Assembly: GCA_022821145.1 (NCBI GenBank)
Contig: JAJEEE010000025.1
Span: 18,050 to 82,049, forward strand
DNA length: 64,000 bases
Direction: 5' to 3'
Source of the DNA: Acidobacteriota bacterium
GTDB lineage: Bacteria; Acidobacteriota; Terriglobia; 20CM-2-55-15
Notes under the pieces: generated by a model
Seen by the model: the letters and a program-made list of their open reading frames with translations, nothing else
The model's database searches: none
Told to the model about the DNA's origin: nothing
Shown: positions 55,346 through 64,000 of the stretch, in pieces
How the letters are laid out: every line of letters begins with the position of its first letter
Numbering within the stretch: position 1 is the first letter of the stretch
Made by a program: the position numbers and the translations under genes

Positions 55346-56176
55346 GTGCGCGTCACGACCTGGAACGTGAACTCGATCCGGCGGCGTCTGGACGCGGTCC
55401 TGGTCTGGTTGGAACGGAACCGTCCCAACGTCGTCTGCCTGCAGGAAACGCGGTGTCTCGAAGACGATTTTCCGGCGGCCGCGTTCGCGGCGGCGGGTTA
55501 CCGCGCGGTCGTGGCGGGGCAACCGGCCCGCAACGGCGTGGCCGTTCTTGCCGATGCCCCAATGGACGACGTCATGGTTCATCCGTTCTGGGAACGCGAT
55601 CCCGATGCCCGATCGATTGCCGTGACGGTGGCGGGCGCCCGCATCGTCAACGTCTACGTTCCCTACGGCGAAGCCCTCGGCACTCGCCGGTTCCGGCACA
55701 AGATCCGTTGGCTCGGACGCCTCCGGACCTTCATGGCCGCCCGCTCGCCGCATGTCGTCGCGGGGGACTTCAACATCGCCCCCGACGACCGTGACGTGTA
55801 CGATCCGAAGCGCCGGCGTGGAACGCTGATCTGCAGCCCGGCCGAGCGACGCGCCTTCGAATCGCTGCTCGGGACCGGTTACGACGACGCCTTGCGCCGC
55901 GTGTCCGACGCAGGCGGCCGGTACACCTGGTGGAGCCATCGAAGGGGCGCCGTCGCCGGAAACCGGGGTCTCCGGGTCGACCATCACCTGGTTCACCGCT
56001 TGTTGGCGAGCCGAATCCGGAGCGTCGAGATCGACATCGAAGAACGCGGCCGCCGCGGAGCCTCGGATCACGCGCCGGTGACGCTGACTCTCTACTCGGC
56101 GGCTCCGACCGCGACCGTGGCGCTGACTGCTCGCCGGAATCCGAGAAGGTTCCGGATGTCCTCCAGGATCATGTAG
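55346..56176 (+). CDS. xthA: exodeoxyribonuclease III
   Basis: MRVTTWNVNSIRRRL...CLQETR...SDHAPV. The ORF reads about 85 nt into the convergent RND gene, so the true C-terminus is probably shorter. Confidence 0.85.
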   Translation: MRVTTWNVNSIRRRLDAVLVWLERNRPNVVCLQETRCLEDDFPAAAFAAAGYRAVVAGQPARNGVAVLADAPMDDVMVHPFWERDPDARSIAVTVAGARIVNVYVPYGEALGTRRFRHKIRWLGRLRTFMAARSPHVVAGDFNIAPDDRDVYDPKRRRGTLICSPAERRAFESLLGTGYDDALRRVSDAGGRYTWWSHRRGAVAGNRGLRVDHHLVHRLLASRIRSVEIDIEERGRRGASDHAPVTLTLYSAAPTATVALTARRNPRRFRMSSRIM

Positions 56177-59100
56177 AGCGACGGCACCAGGATCAGCGTG
56201 ATCAGCGTCGCGAACAGGATGCCGGACGCCAGAGCCACGGCCATCGGAATCAGGAATTGCGCCTGGATGCTGGACTCCAGGATCAGCGGCGTGACGCCGG
56301 CCGCCGTGGTGAGCGAGGTCAGGACGATGGGCCGGAAGCGGGCCATCCCCGCGTGGATGACCGCTTCCCGCAGCGACTCGTTCTCACGCGCGAAACGGTT
56401 GATGAAATGGACCAGGACCAGGCTGTCGTTGACGACGACCCCGGTGAGGGCCACCATGCCGAGCATCGACATGAAGCTCACTTCCATGTTGAAAACCGCG
56501 TGGCCGAGGATGGCGCCGACCAGTCCGAACGGAACCGCCGACAACACGATCATGGGCTGGAGGTAGGATCGGAACGGTATGGCCATCAGGCAGAAGATCA
56601 CGAACATGGCGATCAGGAAAGCCTCCTGCAGACCATCCTGAAACTCGCTCTGCATCTGCTGCATCCCCTCGAAGGTGTAGTCCACGCCCGGGTGCGCGGC
56701 CAGGATGCCGGCCATGTGGCGCACCTCCAGGTCCGTCAACACGTCGTTCTCGTTGGTGATCTCGTCGTCCACCTCGGCGGTGACGTTGATGGCGCGATTG
56801 CGGTCCACGCGGGTGATGCTCGCGAAACCGCGCCCCAACTCCGCGTCCGCGACCGTGGCGAACGGCACCTGGCCGCCGTCGGGAGTGCGGATGCGCATGT
56901 ATTCGACGTCGCCGACGGATTGCCGTTCCTCCAGGGGATAGCGCACCATCACGCGAACGTCGTCGCGGCCGCGCTGAATGCGCTGGGCTTCCTCGCCGAA
57001 GAAGGCCTGGCGCACCTGGCGTCCCAGATCCTGAAGCGCCAGCCCCAGCGGCTCGGCGCTGGGTTTCATGGTCAACTCGAGCTCCGGCTTGCCGCCGCGG
57101 AAGGAATCGGTGACGTCGTAGACTCCCGGATAGTCGGCCAGGCGGGTTCTCACGTCGGCCGCCGCCGCGCGCAACGCGTCGACGTCCGGGCCGGTCAGCC
57201 GCACGTGGATCGGATCGCCCATTCCGGTCATCAACTCGGTGTCGATCAGCATCTCCACGGCGCCGGGCACTTCCGGCAGCCGTTCCCGCAACCGGTTGCC
57301 GACGGCCTCGCTCGACAGCGGCCGGCCCTCTCCCGGGATCAACTCGACGTTCACTTCACCGACATGGGCTTGCGCCGACGCTCGCACGCCGCCGGCGGGT
57401 CCCGAATTCGCGCTGGGCTGCTCGCCGACGCTCGAGAGCACGTGAGTGTAGATGGGCATGCCGAACTCGGACTCGAGCTCCCCGCCCAGCTCGAGAGCGG
57501 CTCGTTCGATGCTTTCCACGGCGTCCGCGGTGACGGAGGCCGGCGTCTCCTGCGGCATCGTCAGCTTGACGATGACGTTGTCCGAATCGATGGCCGGGAA
57601 GAAGACGAACTGGACGATGCCGCCGTAGTAGAGCCCGACGGTCATCAGGATCGACGACAGGGCGAGAGCCAGCGTCAGGTAGCGCCATTCCAGGAAGAAC
57701 CCCAGCGCCGGTTTGTAGACACGCGAGATGACCCACTGCAGGCCGCCGGCGAACGCGTCGAAGAACCCGTTCCAGGCGCGGGCGAGCAGGTTCTTCCGGG
57801 CTTCCGGATCGCGGATCCGGCTGTGGGACAGGTGGCTGGGCAGCACGAGCTGCGATTTGACCACGGAGAAGAAAAGAACCGGAATGACGATCAACGGAAA
57901 CGACCGGGTGAAGTTGCCCATCATGCCGGGAACGAACATGAACGGCGCGAACGCGACCATCGTCGTCAAAACACCGAATATCACCGGCACGGTGACGTCC
58001 TGGGTCCCGAGGATCGCTCCTTTCAGGGGGTCTCCGAGTTGATGTTGCCGGTAATGGATACGCTCGGCCACGACGATCGCGTCGTCGACGACGATTCCCA
58101 GGACGAGAATGAACGAGAACAGCGTCATCATGTTGATCGTCAGGCCGACCTGCGGCATCAACGCGATGGCGCCGAGAAACGAGACGGGAATGCCGATGGC
58201 GACCCAGGCGGCCAGGCGCATCCTCAGGAACAGGGCGAGGACGATGAAGACGAGCACCAACCCCTGGAAACCGTTCCGAAGAAGCAGGTTCGTGCGGTCG
58301 CTCAGGATGACGGACGTGTCCTGCCACGTAGCCATGGAAAGGCCGTCGGGCAGGGTCGCCGCCTTGGCCGCGACGTAATCCCGGACGATGGCCGCCACCT
58401 CGGGCGCGTTCTCGTCTCCGACGCGGTAGACCTGGACCATGACGGCCGGCTCCCCGTCGAATCGGGACCACGCGTCGGTCTCCTCGAAACCGTCGATCAC
58501 GCGCGCCACGTCGGCCAGACGCAGCCGGCTGCCGTCGGTCCGCGTCATCAGGGTCAGGTCCTCGTACTCCGGTCCGCGGTAGGCCTGTCCGATCGTGCGC
58601 AGCAGGATCTCGCCCGATTCGGCCTTGACCGAGCCGCCCGGCATGTCCATCGACGAGCGGCGTACGGCCTGGGCCACGTCGTCGAAAGTCAGGCCGTAAC
58701 GGCGCAGGTCGTCCTCGGAGACCTCGATGGCGATCTCGTAGGGCCGGACGCTTCTCAGCTCGGCCTGGCTGACCCCGTCCAGGGCCATGATTTCGTCCCG
58801 AACGTCCTCCCCGATCCGCTTCAACGCCAGTTCATCGGCATCGCCCGCAATCGAGACGTTGATGACCTGCAACCGGGACAGCACCTCCTGCACGATCGGT
58901 TCCTCGGTTTCGAGCGGGAAGGTGGATATCGCGTCGATCCGCGTCTTCACGTCGTCGAGCAGCTCGCGCGTGTCGTAACCGGTCTCCACTTCGAGCATGA
59001 CGGAGGCCGAGCCCTCCGAAGCCGTGGAGGTCAGGCGTTTCACGCCTTCGAGGCCCTCGATCGCTTCCTCGATCCGAACCACGACGGCGTCTTCGACCTC

Positions 59101-59274
59101 TTCGGGCGCGGCGCCGCGGTAGGGCACGCTGATCGAAATGATGTCCAGCTCGAATTCCGGGAACACTTCCTGGTTGACGGAGAACGCGGTGGTCAAACCC
59201 ATCACGATGATGGACATCATCAACAGGTTGGCCACCACGCGGTTTTGGGCGAACCATGCGATCAGCGGTTTCAT
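56092..59274 (-). CDS. RND efflux transporter permease (AcrB/CzcA superfamily)
   Basis: 1060 aa, 12 TM with two large periplasmic loops. MKPLIAWFAQNRVVANLLMMSIIVMG. Confidence 0.9.
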   Translation of the reverse strand: MKPLIAWFAQNRVVANLLMMSIIVMGLTTAFSVNQEVFPEFELDIISISVPYRGAAPEEVEDAVVVRIEEAIEGLEGVKRLTSTASEGSASVMLEVETGYDTRELLDDVKTRIDAISTFPLETEEPIVQEVLSRLQVINVSIAGDADELALKRIGEDVRDEIMALDGVSQAELRSVRPYEIAIEVSEDDLRRYGLTFDDVAQAVRRSSMDMPGGSVKAESGEILLRTIGQAYRGPEYEDLTLMTRTDGSRLRLADVARVIDGFEETDAWSRFDGEPAVMVQVYRVGDENAPEVAAIVRDYVAAKAATLPDGLSMATWQDTSVILSDRTNLLLRNGFQGLVLVFIVLALFLRMRLAAWVAIGIPVSFLGAIALMPQVGLTINMMTLFSFILVLGIVVDDAIVVAERIHYRQHQLGDPLKGAILGTQDVTVPVIFGVLTTMVAFAPFMFVPGMMGNFTRSFPLIVIPVLFFSVVKSQLVLPSHLSHSRIRDPEARKNLLARAWNGFFDAFAGGLQWVISRVYKPALGFFLEWRYLTLALALSSILMTVGLYYGGIVQFVFFPAIDSDNVIVKLTMPQETPASVTADAVESIERAALELGGELESEFGMPIYTHVLSSVGEQPSANSGPAGGVRASAQAHVGEVNVELIPGEGRPLSSEAVGNRLRERLPEVPGAVEMLIDTELMTGMGDPIHVRLTGPDVDALRAAAADVRTRLADYPGVYDVTDSFRGGKPELELTMKPSAEPLGLALQDLGRQVRQAFFGEEAQRIQRGRDDVRVMVRYPLEERQSVGDVEYMRIRTPDGGQVPFATVADAELGRGFASITRVDRNRAINVTAEVDDEITNENDVLTDLEVRHMAGILAAHPGVDYTFEGMQQMQSEFQDGLQEAFLIAMFVIFCLMAIPFRSYLQPMIVLSAVPFGLVGAILGHAVFNMEVSFMSMLGMVALTGVVVNDSLVLVHFINRFARENESLREAVIHAGMARFRPIVLTSLTTAAGVTPLILESSIQAQFLIPMAVALASGILFATLITLILVPSLYMILEDIRNLLGFRRAVSATVAVGAAE

Positions 59275-59280
59275 CGGTCC

Positions 59281-60480
59281 CTATCTCCCGTCGGGTCCAT
59301 CGATGGGCACGCTCGCCGGCCGGGGTTGAACGCGAACCGGCATGCCGTCCACGGCGTTTTCCAGTGGGGAGACGACGATACGATCCCCGGCGGCGATGCC
59401 GCCGCTGACGAGCAGCCTGTTCCGCTCCAGGCGGAACACGTCGACGGACCGGAACGCCAACTCGTTCTTGCCGTCGACGGTCAACACCTGATCCGAGCCG
59501 CGGAGCGCGGACCGCGGGAGCACGGCCACCGGACCCGAGCTGCGCCCGAGAATCTCGGCTTCGACGAACATGCCGACCGCCAGGGGCGGGCGGTTCGGGT
59601 CGGCGCCACGGGCATAGGGGTTCTCGACCCGCGCGATCGCGTGGACCATCCGGGTTCGCGGGTCGATCTCGCCCTCCGTTCTCTGGATCCATCCGGTCCA
59701 TTCATGCGACTCGCCGGCAAACTGGGATCGGAGGATGACAGTGGGTCGCGAATCCTCTGTCCCGCCGTCCCGATACGCGAGCGGAAGGTCGATGAACGCA
59801 AGCTCGGAGTCCGGCACGGGAAGCCGTGCTTCGGCCGCGTCGACCGCGTACAGAGTCGCCACCGAATTCCCGCGCTGGACGAACTGTCCGATGTCCACGC
59901 GTTCGGAACGAACCCGGCCATCGTAGGGCGCGCGGATGACGGTGCGTTCCAGGTCGTACTCCGCCGCGGCCAGCGTGGCTTCGGCCGAGGCCAGGCTCGC
60001 CAGGGCCTCGGCGATCTGAGGCTCGCGCAACGCCAGCGGCGTCGGTTCTCCGATGTCCAGGAGCGCCCATTCCCGTTCCGCGACCGCTGCTTCCTGACGT
60101 TCGGTTTCGAGCCGGAGGTTCGCTTGCGCGATGGCGGCGCGGGCACGCGTGACCGCCAATTCGTACTCGCGGGCGTCCAGGCGGAACAGGATGTCGCCTT
60201 CCTCGAAGAAGCCGCCCACCACCAGTGACGGGGATATTTCCACGACCCGGCCGGCGACTTCCGGAACCAACTCGGTCTCGCTCATGGGCGCAACGGTTCC
60301 CTCGGTGCGCACGGTCAACTGAACGCTCCGGAACGTGACATCCACCGTCTCGACGAGCGGTATCTCGGGCTCGATGACTCGTGTGGGCGGCGCCGGCCGG
60401 TTCTCGATCATCTCGAGCGTCCCGTATCCCGCGCCCGCAAGCACCAACAGCGGCAGCAGTATTCGCAACAGCACCTTCAT
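59281..60480 (-). CDS. RND efflux periplasmic adaptor (membrane fusion protein)
   Basis: 399 aa. N-terminal TM anchor. Coiled-coil hairpin. Lipoyl and beta-barrel regions. The start overlaps the outer-membrane-factor stop. Confidence 0.85.
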   Translation of the reverse strand: MKVLLRILLPLLVLAGAGYGTLEMIENRPAPPTRVIEPEIPLVETVDVTFRSVQLTVRTEGTVAPMSETELVPEVAGRVVEISPSLVVGGFFEEGDILFRLDAREYELAVTRARAAIAQANLRLETERQEAAVAEREWALLDIGEPTPLALREPQIAEALASLASAEATLAAAEYDLERTVIRAPYDGRVRSERVDIGQFVQRGNSVATLYAVDAAEARLPVPDSELAFIDLPLAYRDGGTEDSRPTVILRSQFAGESHEWTGWIQRTEGEIDPRTRMVHAIARVENPYARGADPNRPPLAVGMFVEAEILGRSSGPVAVLPRSALRGSDQVLTVDGKNELAFRSVDVFRLERNRLLVSGGIAAGDRIVVSPLENAVDGMPVRVQPRPASVPIDGPDGR

Positions 60481-61946
60481 TCGTCGGCCCCTATACGGAC
60501 GCTTCCCGCCATCAACTCGAACGTCGTCGGAACGTCGCCCAGATCGAATCCCCCGCCGAGGGCCACGTGGAGATCCACGCGGTTGTCCAGCCGCGCGCGG
60601 CGGATCGTCAACAACTGGCTTTCCGAGGAGTCGGCCGTCCGTTGCGACGAGAGGACGGTGATGATGTCGGTCAAGCCCAAACGGTAGCGCTCCTCGGCCA
60701 ACGACTCGGCGGCCACGGACTGGATCACGGCGTCTTCGAGCGCGACCTCGCGGCGCGCCAGGGCGTCTTCGGCGGCGAGCGCGGATTCCACTTCGCGGTA
60801 CGACTGCAAGACTCGCGATTCATACAGGGCCAGCGCCTCGTCGGCGGCGCTGGCGTTACGGTCGACCGTTGCCCGGAGCCGTCCGCCGTTGAAGAGCGGC
60901 TGCGCCAGGTTTCCCACGAAGCTCCAGATGAAGAGGTTGTGATCGATCAGGTCGATGAGCGTGTTGCTGGCCGTGCCCGTACCGCCCGTGAGGCTGAACC
61001 GGGGCCGCAGGTCGGCTTCGGCCTGAGCCAGACGGACGTCGGCGGCCAGTACGTTGAGCTCGGCCGAGACGAGATCGGGACGCCGGTGAACCAGTTCCGC
61101 GGGGAGACCTCCCGGAACGCTCAGCGGGACATCGGGAAGCCGCACCGGGAGCGCGTAACCCCCAACGGGGTAGCGTCCGATCAGGGTCTCGAGCTGACGC
61201 ACGGCGCGGTCCCGCTGCTCGGCTCGCTGCTCGAGGGTGGCTTCGGCGCGGGCGACCTCCGTCAAAGCCAGGCGCAGATCGAGCGACGGCCTGAGGCCCG
61301 CCTCGAACCGCGCGCGGATGCGGTCGGCCGACAACCGGAAACTCTCCAGCGAGATCTCGGCCAGGTCCAACTGCCGCTGGGCCTCGACGGCCGAGAACCA
61401 GGCTTTGGCTACCTGTCCCGACAAGGACAACCGGGCGGCGGAAAGGTCCGCGTACCGCATCTGGACGTTGGTGACCGCCGCGAGGTTCCCCGCACGTATG
61501 CGCCCCCAGAGGTCGGGCTCCCAGCTCGCGTTCATGCGCAGCCCGTAGTTCGTCGAAGTCGTGCTGAAGACCGCATCGGGAGGCGCTCCCGGGAACGGGA
61601 AACCGATGAAGTTCTGGCGTTGTTGACTGCGGCTGAACGTGAGTTCGCTGCTCGGTTGGAGCGCGGCGCCGGCGATCCGCGCGTCCGCGTAGGCCGCGTC
61701 GATCCGGGCGGACGCGGCTCGAATGTCGGGACTCCCTTCGAGCGCTTCGCCGATGGCGCGGTCCAGTTCCGCATCGTCGAAGTAGATCCACCAATCGTTC
61801 CGGGTGGGCGCCGCGTCGAGCCGTCCTCCCGACCATTCGTCCGGCGCCGCGACTTGCAGGGCGCGAGGCGGCGGCGGCGCCATGGGACGTGCGCACGCGC
61901 CGAGCCCGAGCGTCAGTATGGCCAGTGCGCCGATCCGTCGATTCAT
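60477..61946 (-). CDS. efflux outer-membrane factor lipoprotein (NodT/OprM family)
   Basis: 489 aa from MNRRIGALAILTLGLGAC (lipobox). Two OEP repeats. Overlaps the TetR stop. Confidence 0.8.
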   Translation of the reverse strand: MNRRIGALAILTLGLGACARPMAPPPPRALQVAAPDEWSGGRLDAAPTRNDWWIYFDDAELDRAIGEALEGSPDIRAASARIDAAYADARIAGAALQPSSELTFSRSQQRQNFIGFPFPGAPPDAVFSTTSTNYGLRMNASWEPDLWGRIRAGNLAAVTNVQMRYADLSAARLSLSGQVAKAWFSAVEAQRQLDLAEISLESFRLSADRIRARFEAGLRPSLDLRLALTEVARAEATLEQRAEQRDRAVRQLETLIGRYPVGGYALPVRLPDVPLSVPGGLPAELVHRRPDLVSAELNVLAADVRLAQAEADLRPRFSLTGGTGTASNTLIDLIDHNLFIWSFVGNLAQPLFNGGRLRATVDRNASAADEALALYESRVLQSYREVESALAAEDALARREVALEDAVIQSVAAESLAEERYRLGLTDIITVLSSQRTADSSESQLLTIRRARLDNRVDLHVALGGGFDLGDVPTTFELMAGSVRIGADE

Positions 61947-62608
61947 CCGTTCCGGCTCCCCGCGGCAACCGCCGGTTCCGCGGCCTCCGACGGGGCGGCG
62001 TTCATTCCGGCCGCCATGAACTGGACCAGGCGGCGGATCGACGTTTCCACGTCGGCCGTGTCGCACAGTCCCCCGCTCACCTTGGAAATCCACTCCTGTT
62101 CGCGCAGGACGAACACCATCGAACCCATCGCCATGAACTTGCGCCACGTCCGGACCTCGTCGGACAGCTCGGGGAGCGCGCGCGCCATCAACGCGTCGAC
62201 CCGGCGGTCGACGTCCACGAAAAGGTCGCTGAACACGAGCTCCATGTATTGGGGCTCGGTCATGAGCCGGCCGGCCAGACTGCGGAGAAGGCGCCCCTGC
62301 TCGGTCCCGCGTCCGATACGCAGCGCCGGGGCGACGAGCGCGTAGCAGATGTCCTCGACGGCGGGCCGGGCGTTCCCGGCGCGCTCGTCGATGGCGTCCA
62401 GAAGCGCCGCCCGTTCCTCGTTGACCGGGCCGAAACGCCCCGTGAACACCGCCTTGACGAGTTCTTCCTTCGAGCCGAAGTGGTAGTGGATGGCCGCCGC
62501 GTTCACCTCGGCTTCGGCGATGATCCGCCGCAAGGGCACGGCGCCGATACCGTGCTCGGCGAACAGGCACGTCGCGGCGTCGATGATCTGCTGCTTGGTA
62601 TCCGCCAT
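61943..62608 (-). CDS. TetR/AcrR family transcriptional regulator
   Basis: HTH QIIDAATCLFAEHGIGAVPLRRIIAEAEVNAAAIHYHFGSKEEL. Confidence 0.8.
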   Translation of the reverse strand: MADTKQQIIDAATCLFAEHGIGAVPLRRIIAEAEVNAAAIHYHFGSKEELVKAVFTGRFGPVNEERAALLDAIDERAGNARPAVEDICYALVAPALRIGRGTEQGRLLRSLAGRLMTEPQYMELVFSDLFVDVDRRVDALMARALPELSDEVRTWRKFMAMGSMVFVLREQEWISKVSGGLCDTADVETSIRRLVQFMAAGMNAAPSEAAEPAVAAGSRNG

Positions 62609-62686
62609 ACCCGTGAGCCTAGCAGAATTACAGCAGACGATTCAACAATTCGCTTGAAACATGTGATTGAAACGGGCTTTACAGAT
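62609..62686 (-). promoter_or_regulatory. AT-rich promoter/operator region of the tetR-RND operon
   Basis: Repeated TTGAAAC half-sites flanking an ACATGT palindrome (CTTGAAACATGTGATTGAAAC), immediately upstream of the TetR start. Confidence 0.3.
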
Positions 62687-63901
62687 CTATCGATCGAGGT
62701 TGGCGATCCGGGTCCGGATCCGTTCGCGCGCCGCCGGGTCGGCGGCGAGCCGCAGGGCCTCGCGGTAGGCCGCCAGCGCCGCCTCGGTCCGCCCCTCCGA
62801 CTCGTAGAAGGGCCCCAGCGTGGTCAGCAGCGGGAACGACGCGAACCGGGGCGTCGCCGCCGCGAGCAGCACTTCCGTCGCAACGCGCAGGCTCACCCGG
62901 GACGGTGCATCCGACAGCCGGGCGCGCGCGTCGTCGAATAGCGGTCGATACGCATCGGCCAGATCCGGCCGCCCGGCCTCGACCCGATCCATGATCGACA
63001 TCAGATCGTCGGCCTCACCGGGCGGGTAGACGGGGGCGGCGGAATAGACCGGCCGGTCGGGCCGCGTTCCTATGGCCCGGATGACGTCGGCGATCGTTTC
63101 GCCGTCCTCGCGCAGCCGGTCGTAGCGGATCTTGTCGGCCGTGTCCCCCGGACCGTGATAGTCGACGTGCGTGGCGTTCGAGAAGAACAGGTAGGGCACG
63201 CGGCGGGCGGCGAACGGAGCGAAGTCGCTCCGAGCCCCGATCAGGTCGGTGCCGAGCTGAACCGCATGACCCGCTTCGTCCGCCACGATTCGGGCGAGCT
63301 CCGGGGACATCTCGGTCCCCAGCACCAGCAGGGACCACTCGTCCAGGTCGATGAAGCTGCGCCCCATCGTGTCCAGGATCACGGCCGCCCTGACGTCGGC
63401 GAGCGGGTAAACCGGATCGGCGGCATAGTGACGCGCCCCATTCAGACCCTGCTCTTCGTCGTCGAACGCGACGAATACGAGCGATACGTCCAGTTCCGCG
63501 GATCGCAAGTCGCGCGCCAGCTCCAACATGACCGCGATTCCGGCGGCGTTGTCGCTCGCGCCGGGGTTGGATCCCCCCTGACCGTCGTAGTGCGCGCCGA
63601 TCAGGATGTGCTCCTCGCTGTCGCCGAAACGCGCCACCACGTTGCGCCGGCGCGCGTCCATGTCCTGGAATCGCGTATCGAGGCCCAGTGCTTCGAACTC
63701 CCCGTGGAGATACTCGGCGGCGGCCATCGCGCCGTCGGTCCCGGAACGGCGTCCGGAGAGGGCCGGGTCGGTCAGCCGGGCAACGGTGGCGCGCAGCGCC
63801 TCGATCGAGACGGGAACCGCCGGAGCGGCGAGGCAGATCGATAGCGCGAGAGCGGTCGCCGCGGCGATCATCCGCGGCCGGACGTTCCAGGACATGGGCA
63901 A
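62687..63901 (-). CDS. M28-family (aminopeptidase-like) zinc peptidase with a C-terminal TPR-like region
   Basis: Signal peptide. M28 motifs IGAHYDG, NDNAAGIAVMLELAR and AFDDEEQGLNGARHY. Confidence 0.7.
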   Translation of the reverse strand: MPMSWNVRPRMIAAATALALSICLAAPAVPVSIEALRATVARLTDPALSGRRSGTDGAMAAAEYLHGEFEALGLDTRFQDMDARRRNVVARFGDSEEHILIGAHYDGQGGSNPGASDNAAGIAVMLELARDLRSAELDVSLVFVAFDDEEQGLNGARHYAADPVYPLADVRAAVILDTMGRSFIDLDEWSLLVLGTEMSPELARIVADEAGHAVQLGTDLIGARSDFAPFAARRVPYLFFSNATHVDYHGPGDTADKIRYDRLREDGETIADVIRAIGTRPDRPVYSAAPVYPPGEADDLMSIMDRVEAGRPDLADAYRPLFDDARARLSDAPSRVSLRVATEVLLAAATPRFASFPLLTTLGPFYESEGRTEAALAAYREALRLAADPAARERIRTRIANLDR

Positions 63902-63917
63902 TTAGACGCCGGCGCGA

Positions 63918-64000
63918 TCAAAACGAGAACGAAATCCCGACGCTCGTTTCCCAGATTCTCAGGGTCTGGTCCTGCACGCCCTTGATCGAATAGCCGCGGA
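63918..64000 (-). CDS. C-terminal fragment of an outer-membrane beta-barrel protein (partial; gene continues beyond the window)
   Basis: Reverse frame reads ...RGYSIKGVQDQTLRIWETSVGISFSF*, alternating hydrophobics with a terminal Phe. Confidence 0.25.
   Translation of the reverse strand, partial: RGYSIKGVQDQTLRIWETSVGISFSF

Noticed and set aside
55930-60228. 1432-aa ORF on the plus strand
   Set aside because: It is antisense to the RND permease and adaptor genes, whose motifs are unambiguous. It is a high-GC shadow frame.
1-64000. CRISPR arrays, IS elements, integrases, rRNA genes
   Set aside because: No short direct-repeat/spacer periodicity, no transposase (DDE) or tyrosine recombinase motifs, and no rRNA-like conserved stretches were seen on either strand.

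Overview
This is a high-GC (roughly 68-70%) bacterial chromosomal segment with dense coding and many antisense shadow ORFs that I rejected. A PadR regulator paired with a ~900-aa duplicated FtsX/MacB-type permease (ADOP), plus FxsA, suggests a Gemmatimonadota/Acidobacteriota-like organism. Housekeeping blocks are clear: thrS (divergent) / infC-rpmI-rplT-pheS-pheT-zapB-like-zapA-ymdB-ffh, ispH-fabH, pckA-fabI, bioB-bioF-bioD-bioA and xthA. Accessory content includes a TetR-controlled RND efflux operon, two intact type II toxin-antitoxin pairs (ParE/RHH, Phd/VapC) and two TA remnants, a solitary DUF4143 AAA ATPase, and a radical-SAM / MoaD-like / BNR locus. The most unusual content is a periplasmic redox module present twice in reverse gene order (7.4-10.9 kb and 21.9-24.5 kb): a PQQ-type soluble sugar dehydrogenase, one or two paralogous secreted 'family B' proteins, and a small secreted 'family A' protein whose predicted mature N-terminus is His-His. 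In the first copy the module runs straight into a four-gene translationally coupled operon: family A, a Tat-signal protein, a VAO/PCMH-type flavoprotein and a mono-heme cytochrome c. No rRNA, tRNA, CRISPR array, transposase or integrase was seen. One candidate structured small RNA with an intrinsic terminator lies downstream of zapA.
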